Part shown: positions 39,134-47,708 of the stretch, piece by piece
How the letters are laid out: each line of letters starts with the position of its first letter
Position numbering within the stretch: the first letter of the stretch is position 1
NCBI GenBank assembly: GCA_965248195.1
Contig: CBDFIQ010000002.1
Coordinates: 1,376,001 to 1,440,000 of the forward strand
Length of the DNA: 64,000 nt
Origin: Longimicrobiales bacterium
Lineage (GTDB): Bacteria > Gemmatimonadota > Gemmatimonadetes > Longimicrobiales > Gaopeijiaceae
Direction: 5' to 3'
Made by a program: the position numbers and the translations under genes
Notes under the pieces: generated by a model
What the model saw: only the letters and a program-made list of their open reading frames with translations
Database searches by the model: none
What the model was told of the DNA's origin: nothing

Positions 39134-39538
39134 AAGGCTGTTGAAGGAGTACAGCGGGTCGCGCACAGGGCGCTTGTGCGCGTTCGGACAACGTCGCGGA
39201 CGTGATGTTCGGCGATGGACATTGGTTTCCGCGGCACCTGAGCCGAAGGCGAAGAACGAACGACGACGAGGCGTAGCAACGCTACGGTGAGGAGGAGAGA
39301 CGCAGGATCAACCGCACAACCGCCCTGTGCCTCCACCATTTAGGGCATGACCTTGCATGTTTGTGGGTTGTGGTGGCACGGCCCCGACCACGCTGCGCGT
39401 GGTGCCCCCGTTGTTGGAGTTCCTCGCCATTGCTACGGCTATGGCGTCGTCGCTCCGCCTAGGAGCTAGGACCGTGGCATCCCGGGTACCCGTGCCGTGG
39501 CACGGGTGGCGGCCCACTGTACTCCTTCAACAGCCTTC
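39133..39538. repeat. Dispersed palindromic (MITE/REPIN-like) element, copy 2
   Basis: 30-bp terminal inverted repeats (39133-39162 / 39509-39538, 28/30). Internal blocks match 2999-3301, with additional hairpin insertions. Confidence 0.85.
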
Positions 39539-39542
39539 AAGG

Positions 39543-40487
39543 TCAGAATTCCCCAACGAACGTGATCTCCGGCACGAGCTCGTATCCGAGCTCGTCGGCG
39601 ACTCGTCTCTGAGCGAGGTCGATCAGAGCCCGGACCTCCGAGGCAGTCGCATTCCCCCGGTTTACGATGATGTTGGCGTGCTGCGAGAAGATCTGGGCGC
39701 CGCCCTCAGTGTGCCCCTTGAGGCCGCACTGGTCGATGAGCCGCCCGGCGCCGATCCCGTCGATTTTCTTGAAGATCGAGCCCACGCTAGGCAACACGGT
39801 CAGGTCCGGATGGCGGTCCTTGCGCCAGGTCAAGTTTTCTTCCATCACTCGACGCAGTTCCTCGGGGGGAGCAGGGGTCAACTTGAAGTCCACCGTGAGG
39901 ACGACGTCATCCCTCTCGTGCAGGATGCTGTAGTCGTAGCCGAACCTGAAGTATTCCCGATCCACCGTGCGCCGCTCTCCCTCCTGTGAGAGGATCTCGG
40001 CGGACTCGACCACCTCCTCCATGAAGACCGTGCGGGCTCTCTCAGGTGCCGGTGACAGAAAGTGCAGGTTCTGCCACATGGCCCCGCCGACGGTGCTCGG
40101 GATCCCGACGAAGTGATGCAGGCCTCCGAGTCCGCGGGATACGGTGGCCTCGATGAGGTCGGGATGAGTCTCCACGCCTGCACCGGCGCGGACCCGGCCG
40201 TCGTCGAAAAAGTCGGTGCCGCCCACCTCGGAGCGGATTATCAATCCGCGAAATCCTCGGTCCCCGAAGAGCACGTTGGCACCCTTGCCGAGCAGGAAAT
40301 GTGGGATGCCGAGGTCCCGGGCCACCAGGATCGACTCTGCCAGCTCGTCCGGCGACCGGGCGTGAAAGAGCCGGTCGGCCGGGCCTCCGATGCGAAACGT
40401 AGTCAGCGGCGCGAGTGGCGCATCGACCTCCATCTTGCTTGAATCGAGGCGCTGATCGAGCTCGAGAAGGGTTTCCTCGGTGACCAT
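39543..40487 (-). CDS. murB: UDP-N-acetylmuramate dehydrogenase
   Basis: LAPLTTFRIGGPAD, LGKGANVL, GIPSTVGGA, PSVGSIFK, QHANIIVN.G.ATA, L.PEI. Confidence 0.92.
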   Translation of the reverse strand: MVTEETLLELDQRLDSSKMEVDAPLAPLTTFRIGGPADRLFHARSPDELAESILVARDLGIPHFLLGKGANVLFGDRGFRGLIIRSEVGGTDFFDDGRVRAGAGVETHPDLIEATVSRGLGGLHHFVGIPSTVGGAMWQNLHFLSPAPERARTVFMEEVVESAEILSQEGERRTVDREYFRFGYDYSILHERDDVVLTVDFKLTPAPPEELRRVMEENLTWRKDRHPDLTVLPSVGSIFKKIDGIGAGRLIDQCGLKGHTEGGAQIFSQHANIIVNRGNATASEVRALIDLAQRRVADELGYELVPEITFVGEF

Positions 40488-40628
40488 CGTCCTGGACTCG
40501 CTCCGGTTGGGGTCGGTATGCCGCGCCAAGATAGAAGCCTCGAAGGGTTGCAGGAAGCGTGCCTCGTCGAAACCGGCGTTCGAGTGCCTCCGTAGGGATC
40601 AACGCCCGGCAAAGAGGCCAGGCGGCGG

Positions 40629-40758
40629 GTGTCCGATATTGGGATTCGAGGTCCCGAAGGTGGGCACCTGGCAGGGGCACGGACGAGACAACGAACGGTG
40701 TAACCATAATAGGAATAAAGGTTTAGGGTGACATTTAGTTCTTGGCACGAACCTTTCT
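40629..40758 (+). promoter_or_regulatory. Candidate sigma54 promoter with upstream enhancer-like sites
   Basis: TGGCACG-AACC-TTTCT at 40743-40758 (strong -24, imperfect -12). GTGTCCGATATTGGGAT at 40629 and GTCCCGAAGGTGGGCA at 40651. Confidence 0.55.
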
Positions 40759-40832
40759 TGATGAGTGGTCATGAAAGGGTGACGCGAACGAACTCGTGGG
40801 TGATGCGAACGCTGGACTGGGAGGAACGGCAC

Positions 40833-42326
40833 GTGAACAGAGCATTGACCCTGACGGCGGCTGCACTATTGGCCACCGCGGCGATGGTCATGGGGCAGGA
40901 AACGGTGCGCCTCACATTGGACGAGGCGATCGACCTCGCCCGTGAGAACAACCCCACGTTCCTCACGACGCAGAACAATGAGGCGGCGGCCGATTGGGGC
41001 GTCAGGGAAGCCACGAGTAACCTTTTACTCCCGTCAGTTACAGCTTTCGGGCAGGCGGGGTACCGATCTCCAGGCTTGTCGCGGATTGGGACGATCAACA
41101 CCGGTGGGGTCGCGCAAGGGGCGCAATACACATCCTTTTATCGACTCCTAGCGACGTACACGCTGAACGGGAACACGCTGTTCGGTCTCAGCAGCGCCAA
41201 AGCGGATCGGAACGCCGCCCGCGCGCTTACGGACGCGGCTGAGTTTACGATGGGATCCCTGGTCACGCTCCAATACATGACAACATTGCGTGCGCGAGAC
41301 CAAGTCGAAGTAGCGCGCCTACAGGTCGAGCGCTCGATCGAAAGTCTCGAAATCGCACAAGCACGCGTGGATGCCCAGGCGGCCATCGTCACGGATGCCA
41401 AGCAGGCGCAAGTTCAGATCGGACGCGACTCCGTTGCTCTGCTACGGGCGGAGTCGGGTCTGCGCGTAGGGACCCTCGGGCTCTTGGAGACCGTCGGCCT
41501 CAATCTTGGCGCCGAGGTGGAGCTGGTGAGCCAGTTCGAAGTGTTCCGCCCCTCGTGGACGGGTACGGAGTTGATCTCGATCGCTCTGGAGTCCCACCCT
41601 GGGCTCAACGCATTCGTGGCCAGTGAAGGAGCTCGGCGCGCCAACCTTCGGCAGGCCCGTGGCCAATATTTTCCCAACGTTTCCCTGACCGGCTCCTGGG
41701 ATGGTTTTACGCAGGAGATCCAGAACGGGGCATTCAACGTCCTGGCTGCGGAAGCGGGCGTTTCCCGGTCCATCGAGACCTGCAATACGTTCAACAGCAT
41801 ATCAGCGGGTTTGACGACGCCGTTGGCAGGATTTCCCACAGATTGTGGCGCGCTGCAACTCAGCAACGAGGGCCGCCAGGCGATTCTGGACGCGAACAGT
41901 GTCTTCCCCTTCAACTTCACGAGCCAGCCATTCCGCGCAACATTGAGTGTGAGTATTCCGATTTTCAACGGGTTCAGCAGGGAGCGGGAAGTGTCTCAGG
42001 CCGCCAATGCACTCGAGGACGCCGAGTATTCCCGCCGCGCGGAGGAATTACGTCTCCGGACGGCCGTGACGAGCGCCTACGACGCGCTGATGACTTCATA
42101 CAACGTAGTGCAGGTAGAGGAGCGGAATCGGGAGGTGGCCGCCGAACAACTCGAGTTGTCCCGCCAGCGATACGCCCTTGGCGCGGACAATTTCCTCGTC
42201 TTGCTCGACGCGCAACGTACGATGGCGGACGGGGAGCGCGCTTACCTGGACGGTCTATACGCGTTCCATCTCGAGCTGGCGAATCTTGAAAACGCCGTGG
42301 GCCAGCCGCTCCGGCCCGAAGAGTAG
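40833..42326 (+). CDS. TolC-family outer membrane protein
   Basis: GGAGGA RBS plus GTG, signal peptide, LTLDEAIDLARENNP, RY.LG....L.LLDAQ. Confidence 0.9.
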   Translation: MNRALTLTAAALLATAAMVMGQETVRLTLDEAIDLARENNPTFLTTQNNEAAADWGVREATSNLLLPSVTAFGQAGYRSPGLSRIGTINTGGVAQGAQYTSFYRLLATYTLNGNTLFGLSSAKADRNAARALTDAAEFTMGSLVTLQYMTTLRARDQVEVARLQVERSIESLEIAQARVDAQAAIVTDAKQAQVQIGRDSVALLRAESGLRVGTLGLLETVGLNLGAEVELVSQFEVFRPSWTGTELISIALESHPGLNAFVASEGARRANLRQARGQYFPNVSLTGSWDGFTQEIQNGAFNVLAAEAGVSRSIETCNTFNSISAGLTTPLAGFPTDCGALQLSNEGRQAILDANSVFPFNFTSQPFRATLSVSIPIFNGFSREREVSQAANALEDAEYSRRAEELRLRTAVTSAYDALMTSYNVVQVEERNREVAAEQLELSRQRYALGADNFLVLLDAQRTMADGERAYLDGLYAFHLELANLENAVGQPLRPEE

Positions 42327-42392
42327 GGGAGCGCATCGAATGCCGGGCGGCTATAGTCGTTCCGGCCGAAACTTCTAGAGAGTGAGGTTATC

Positions 42393-43649
42393 GTGGACAT
42401 CGCCCGCGATCCCAAGCCGAAAACGAGAAAAAGAATCATCCAGTGGTCGGTCGCGGCCGTGGCCCTGACCGGGGTTACCGTGGGGTTGAGGAATCTTGAA
42501 CCCGCGGCGCCCAGCGTGGATGCAGCGACCGTATGGATGGACACCGTCCAGCACGGCACCATGGTACGCCAGGTTCGCGGACCCGGTACGCTCGTGCCCG
42601 AGCAGATGCGCTGGATCACCGCTCTGACGGCCGGGCGTGTCGAGCAAATCATCGTGTTGCCCGGAACCGTGATCGAGGAAAACACGGTGATCATCCGGAT
42701 GAGCAATCCGGACGTTGTGGTACAACTACTCCAGGCTCAACAAGCGCTCAGCAGCGCCGAAGCGACGCTGATTCAATTGGGCTCGAGTCTCGCGACCCAG
42801 CGCCTTTCGCAGGAAGCGCTTCTAGCCCAGGTGCGCACCCAACTCCGGAACGCGGAGCGAGACCACGCGACCAACCAGCGTCTCTACGATACGAATCCCG
42901 AGTTGGTCGCCGCGACCGAGTTCGCCAGCACCAGGGACGCGGTGGAGGAGTTCAAGGAGCGGGTGCGGCTCGGCGAGGAGCAGGTGTCGGTGCTGGTGGC
43001 TTCGGTCGACGAACAGTTGAATGCTCAGCGGGTCCAGATCGGTCGGCTCGTCGACATCGTCGACTTCAACCGTGATCGAGTGAGTTCGATGGAGGTGACG
43101 GCGGGCGTGTCCGGGGTTCTGGCGGAGCTGCCGCTCGACGAGGGCCAGTGGGTTCAGTCTGGCGAGACGCTTGCCAGGGTCGTGCAGCCGGGACGCCTGA
43201 AGGCCGAGGTCCGGATTCCCCAGACACAGGCGCAGGACATCGCCGCGGGCCAGGTCGCGTATATCGACACACGAAACGATACCATCGTGGGGCAGGTAGT
43301 GCGCATCGATCCTTCGGTGCAGAACGGCACCGTGACGATCGACGTGGCGCTTCCCGCCGACCTTCCGCGGAGCGCTCGTCCGGACCTGAGCATCGACGGC
43401 AACGTGGTGATTCAGCGGCTGGACGACGTGACGTATGTGGGACGTCCCGCATACGGCCAGGCGAATCAGCGGGTGGGTATGTTCAAGGTGCTCGAGGACC
43501 GCCAGTACGCCGAGCGCGTCAACGTGTTGTTGGGGGCCAGCTCGGTCAACGAGATCGCAGTGCTCGAGGGGCTGCAGGAGGGGGATGTCGTGATCCTTTC
43601 GGACATGTCCCAGTGGGACGGATTCGATCGGGTCCGATTGAGGAATTAG
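42393..43649 (+). CDS. Periplasmic adaptor (HlyD/MacA-like)
   Basis: N-terminal TM, VRGPGTLVP, long coiled hairpin, GLQEGD.VILSD. Confidence 0.88.
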   Translation: MDIARDPKPKTRKRIIQWSVAAVALTGVTVGLRNLEPAAPSVDAATVWMDTVQHGTMVRQVRGPGTLVPEQMRWITALTAGRVEQIIVLPGTVIEENTVIIRMSNPDVVVQLLQAQQALSSAEATLIQLGSSLATQRLSQEALLAQVRTQLRNAERDHATNQRLYDTNPELVAATEFASTRDAVEEFKERVRLGEEQVSVLVASVDEQLNAQRVQIGRLVDIVDFNRDRVSSMEVTAGVSGVLAELPLDEGQWVQSGETLARVVQPGRLKAEVRIPQTQAQDIAAGQVAYIDTRNDTIVGQVVRIDPSVQNGTVTIDVALPADLPRSARPDLSIDGNVVIQRLDDVTYVGRPAYGQANQRVGMFKVLEDRQYAERVNVLLGASSVNEIAVLEGLQEGDVVILSDMSQWDGFDRVRLRN

Positions 43650-43707
43650 GAGGCTGGTCTGCATACCGGCCATTTACATTCGCCGTAGCATGGGTTCCAA
43701 GGGAGGG

Positions 43708-44469
43708 ATGATGGAAGACACGCTAGAGCAAGATACCGGTTCCACACTGATCGACCTTCAGGGCCTCAGCAAGGTGTTTTACACCGAGGAGGTGGAAACC
43801 CACGCATTGTCCGACATCCACTTGGACGTCAAGGCCGGTGAGTTCGTGTCGATCGCCGGACCGTCGGGTTGCGGCAAGACCACGCTGCTGTCGATCCTCG
43901 GGCTGCTGGACTCTCCAACGATGGGGGACTATCTGCTCGACGGCGAGCCTGTGGCTGAGCTCACGGCCTCACAGCGAGCCAAGATCCGCAACCAGGCGAT
44001 CGGATTCATCTTTCAGGCTTTTAACCTGATCGGAGATCTCACGGTCTACGAAAATGTGGAGCTTCCGCTCACGTACCGCGGGATGGCCGGAGGGGAGCGT
44101 AAGGAGCGCGTGCACATGGCTCTCGAAAGGGTCGGCATGGCGCACCGCATGAACCACTATCCGAGTCAACTCTCCGGTGGTCAGCAACAGCGTGTGGCGG
44201 TGGCGAGGGCCATCGTCGGCAAGCCACTCATCCTGCTGGCGGACGAGCCTACCGGAAACCTCGACTCGAAGAACGGGAATGCGGTCATGGACCTCATGAA
44301 GGAATTGCACGACGAGGGGGCGACGATCTGCATGGTGACGCACGATCCGCGTTACGCGACGGTAGCCGATCGGTCGGTGCACCTCTTCGATGGCCAGGTC
44401 GTCGACGAGGAAGACGCCCACCGGGCGGAACATGCTCAGGAGTTGGAGGAAAGCGGCTTCGAGGTCTAG
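43708..44469 (+). CDS. ABC transporter ATP-binding protein (MacB/LolD type)
   Basis: GPSGCGKT, GFIFQAFNLI, LSGGQQQRVA, LADEPTGNLD, VTHD. Confidence 0.95.
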   Translation: MMEDTLEQDTGSTLIDLQGLSKVFYTEEVETHALSDIHLDVKAGEFVSIAGPSGCGKTTLLSILGLLDSPTMGDYLLDGEPVAELTASQRAKIRNQAIGFIFQAFNLIGDLTVYENVELPLTYRGMAGGERKERVHMALERVGMAHRMNHYPSQLSGGQQQRVAVARAIVGKPLILLADEPTGNLDSKNGNAVMDLMKELHDEGATICMVTHDPRYATVADRSVHLFDGQVVDEEDAHRAEHAQELEESGFEV

Positions 44470-44500
44470 CGGCGGAGCACCGCCGCGGGCAGAGCGTTGT

Positions 44501-44533
44501 CGAAGGGGCGGCCATCGGGCCGCCCCTTCGTTT
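44501..44533 (+). terminator. Strong hairpin, probable terminator
   Basis: CGAAGGGGCGGCC-ATCG-GGCCGCCCCTTCG followed by a short T run. Confidence 0.65.
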
Positions 44534-44570
44534 CAGAGAGGTTCCGTGGTGCGTTGACTGGAGCCATTGA

Positions 44571-44589
44571 GTGTCCGATTTTGGGACAC
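44571..44589. promoter_or_regulatory. Palindromic regulator-binding site (second copy of the 40629 motif)
   Basis: GTGTCC-GATTTTG-GGACAC; first 17 nt are 15/17 identical to 40629-40645. Confidence 0.65.
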
Positions 44590-44673
44590 CTGTTTCGGTA
44601 AGTGACCCCTCCGGCATAAAGTAACGTAGCATATGAAAATGGTTAAAAACTTTAATGGCAATAACATAGATCT

Positions 44674-45345
44674 ATGACACTGATCCATACGAAGGGCATC
44701 GAGAAGTCATATAAGACCGGTGCGGGTGAGACCTTCGTCCTCCGGCGGATCGATCTCGAGATCGAAGCGGGTGACTTTATCACGATCATGGGGCCCTCCG
44801 GTGCCGGAAAATCGACGCTGCTGTCGATCCTGGGCATGCTGGACGGGGATTGGCGGGGCGAGTATTGGCTCGCCGGTGAGCCGGCACACGCCATGAAGCC
44901 TCGATCGCGTATCGAGCTCAACAAGCGCTACGTCGGGTTCGTCTTTCAGCAATACCATCTGCTCGACGATCTCACGGTCTACGAGAACCTGGAGATCCCG
45001 CTCTCGTACCGGAACGTGAAGCGGAAAGAGCGCCAGGCCATTGTCGCCGACTCCCTCGACCGGTTTCAGATCGTCGGCAAGAAGGATCTCTTTCCGTCGC
45101 AGCTCTCCGGGGGCCAACAGCAGCTTGTCGCTGTGGCCCGGGCGGTCATCGCCGAGCCGAAGGTCATTCTGGCCGACGAGCCGACCGGAAGCCTGCATTC
45201 GAGCCAGGGCCGCATGATCATGGATCTACTCGCCGAGCTGAACCGTGAGGGGACCACGATCATTCAGGTCACACACAACGAAGAATATGCGGCGTACGGG
45301 CAGCGCATCATTCAGCTCAAGGACGGCTGGATCGTCGACGAGTAG
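44674..45345 (+). CDS. ABC transporter ATP-binding protein (MacB/LolD type), second paralog
   Basis: [26 protein letters not shown]. Confidence 0.93.
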   Translation: MTLIHTKGIEKSYKTGAGETFVLRRIDLEIEAGDFITIMGPSGAGKSTLLSILGMLDGDWRGEYWLAGEPAHAMKPRSRIELNKRYVGFVFQQYHLLDDLTVYENLEIPLSYRNVKRKERQAIVADSLDRFQIVGKKDLFPSQLSGGQQQLVAVARAVIAEPKVILADEPTGSLHSSQGRMIMDLLAELNREGTTIIQVTHNEEYAAYGQRIIQLKDGWIVDE

Positions 45346-45438
45346 CCCGCGAAGACGAATAGCCCACGAGGACGAGTAGCCCACGAGAACGAGTAGCCGC
45401 GAGAACGAGTAGTCCACGAGAACGAGTAGCCCGCGAGA
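45338..45438. repeat. 17-bp tandem repeat x6 beginning at the gene's stop codon
   Basis: Consensus ACGAGTAGCCC(A/G)CGAGA; units at 45338, 45355, 45372, 45389, 45405, 45422. Confidence 0.9.
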
Positions 45439-45443
45439 ACTAG

Positions 45444-46254
45444 GGCCTGTTAACACTATCTGAGGGCTTCGACGATGAGCGCGAAGTGGATGAAGGCGGT
45501 AAACATCACGTCGAGCTTGTCAAAGCGGGAGAAGATTCTTCTGAAGCCTTTGAGTCGCCGAAATAACCGCTCTATTTCGTTACGACGGCGATACATGACT
45601 CGGTCATACTGCCACGGGTTAACACGGCCCTGCTTGGGTGGCACGACCGGCGTAAACCCCAGCTCCAACACCAATTGCCGTGTTTCGCCCCCCTCGTACG
45701 CCCGGTCCATGATCATGGACACTGTGGAATGTACCGGCTTCAACGTGCGTAGCAGTTCCCGTCCTTCCGGCGCGTCGTGCTTGTGGCCTGGCGATAGCGA
45801 GAAGGTTATCGCGGTTCGAGCATCTGCGGCAACCATATGAATCTTGGTGGTCCAGCCTCCACGCGACTTGCCGATGGCCTGCGGGCCGTTTTTTTTAGAG
45901 CGCCGGTGCCATCAGGGTGCACCTTGACGATGGTACTGTCGATCGACAGAGCTTGGATCTTGATCCGGATAATTTGCTCGTCTTGCAGGGCCGCAAAGAC
46001 ACGATCCAGCACACCTGCCCTGGCCCAGCGATTCATTCGGGTGTAGATCGTATGCCAGTTACCGAAACGCGGAGGCAACCCCCGCCATTTGCAGCCGTGT
46101 TCGGCCACATACAGGATCGCGTTAAGCACTTCGAGATTGGAGATGCTCACATTGCCGCGCTGATGCGGAAAGCAAGCCTCTATCCGACGATATTGGGACT
46201 CTGTGATTTTCATAGCCCCAATATACTACAAATTGCCCTTAGTGTTAACAGACC
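45444..46254 (-). mobile_element. IS5-family insertion sequence (IS427-like), apparently intact
   Basis: 15-bp IRs GG(C/T)CTGTTAACACTA, flanking CTAG direct repeat (45440-45443 / 46255-46258), two overlapping transposase ORFs. Confidence 0.93.
45456..46213 (-). CDS. IS5-family transposase, OrfA/OrfB joined by a -1 frameshift
   Basis: OrfA has GCKWR.LP..FG.W.TIY.R..RW and IDST. OrfB has DRAY and YRRRNEIER.F.RLK. An A8 slippery run lies at 45889-45896. Confidence 0.9.
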
Positions 46255-46301
46255 CTAGCTGTCCCGAGGACGAGCGGCTTGCGCATGAGAGGCGGTAGGA
46301 G

Positions 46302-47708
46302 ATGAGCACGACGGACGCTGGGACTGTCCTGGTCGCGGACGACCAGGCGGACGTCTTGGAGGCGCTTCGAATTCTCCTCAAAGCGGAGGGGTTCGAGATC
46401 GCGACTGCGAACTCGCCTCCGCGCATCCTCTCCAACATCGAGCAGGCGGACTTCGACGCCGTCCTGATGGACCTCAACTATGCGCGGGACACGACCTCCG
46501 GCGGAGAGGGGATGGACCTCCTCACCCAGATTCGGAGTCTCGATGCCACCCTCCCAGTGTTGGTCATGACGGCCTGGGGAAGCGTGGATGGGGCGGTGGA
46601 AGCGATGCGGCGGGGGGCTCGGGACTACGTCGAGAAGCCATGGGACAATGAGCGGCTCCTGAAGACCCTGCGGACCCAGGTCGAATTGGGTAGGGCACTC
46701 CGACGGGGTCAGCACCTCGAGGACGAGAACCGCTGGCTCCGGGGTGAGGACGCGCCGGACTTCATCGCGGGATCCAAGGTCATGCAACCGGTGCTGAGGG
46801 TGATGGAGCGGGTGGGACCCTCCGAGGCCAACGTGTTGATCACCGGCGAGCATGGCACCGGAAAGGAAGTCGTAGCGCGTTGGCTTCATGCTGTGTCGGG
46901 ACGGGTGAAGAACACACTCGTGGCGGTCAATGCGGGAGGCTTTTCCGAGGGCCTGTTCGAGAGCGAGCTGTTCGGGCACGTGAAGGGGGCGTTCACGGAC
47001 GCCAAGGCGGATCGAATCGGATGCTTCGAGTTGGCGCACCAGGGTACACTCTTCCTCGATGAGATCGCCAATATCTCCTTGCAACAACAAGCGAAGCTTC
47101 TGCGCGTACTCGAGACTGGGGAGATCCAGCGCGTCGGCTCGTCCAAGATAAGGAAGGTGGACGTCCGCATTCTTGCGGCGACGAACGCGGATCTCATCGA
47201 GATCGTGGCCACAGGCGAGTTCCGAGAAGATCTGCTTTATCGAATGAATACCGTCGAGCTCCGCCTACCCCCGCTGAGAGAGCGGAGCGAAGACGTCGTG
47301 ACCCTCGCCCTGCACTTTCTCGAACGCCATCGCGCTCGCTACAGGAACTCGGTCGAGGGCTTCGCCGAGGATGCGATACGGGCGTTGCTCGGGCACTCGT
47401 GGCCGGGGAACGTCCGTGAGCTCGAGCACTCGGTGGAGCGCGCCGTCCTCATGGCGCAGGGACATCTCATCCGTTCGGAGGATCTCGGGCTGATTCGGCG
47501 TGCCGACGGCGGTGCCCAGATGGAGCAGCTTACGCTGGAGGAGGCGGAGAGGGTCTTGATCGAGAAGGCCCTGGATCGAACCGACGGCAATGTCTCCCGC
47601 GCCGCGAATGAACTGGGCCTCAGCCGTAGCGCTTTGTACCGGCGGCTCCAGCGGTATGGAATAGAGGCCCGAGTCCGAGTGATCCAGGGGGTGAAAAACA
47701 CCGGATGA
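46302..47708 (+). CDS. Sigma54-dependent (NtrC-family) response regulator
   Basis: REC domain, GEHGTGKE, ESELFGH..GAFTDA, LFLDEI, WPGNVREL, Fis-type HTH. Confidence 0.95.
   Translation: MSTTDAGTVLVADDQADVLEALRILLKAEGFEIATANSPPRILSNIEQADFDAVLMDLNYARDTTSGGEGMDLLTQIRSLDATLPVLVMTAWGSVDGAVEAMRRGARDYVEKPWDNERLLKTLRTQVELGRALRRGQHLEDENRWLRGEDAPDFIAGSKVMQPVLRVMERVGPSEANVLITGEHGTGKEVVARWLHAVSGRVKNTLVAVNAGGFSEGLFESELFGHVKGAFTDAKADRIGCFELAHQGTLFLDEIANISLQQQAKLLRVLETGEIQRVGSSKIRKVDVRILAATNADLIEIVATGEFREDLLYRMNTVELRLPPLRERSEDVVTLALHFLERHRARYRNSVEGFAEDAIRALLGHSWPGNVRELEHSVERAVLMAQGHLIRSEDLGLIRRADGGAQMEQLTLEEAERVLIEKALDRTDGNVSRAANELGLSRSALYRRLQRYGIEARVRVIQGVKNTG

Noticed and set aside
44655..44671. Sigma54 promoter (TGGCAAT...) before ATPase 2
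   Set aside because: Poor -12 element, and the implied TSS would fall downstream of the ATG at 44674; left unassigned.
45338..45438. CRISPR-like array
   Set aside because: Units are contiguous 16-17-mers with no unique spacers, and no cas genes are present. The same applies to the 45-bp and 18-bp repeats.
45456..46213. Transposase as a frameshifted pseudogene
   Set aside because: The split occurs at an A-run typical of programmed -1 frameshifting in this IS5 subgroup, and the IRs and target duplication are intact.
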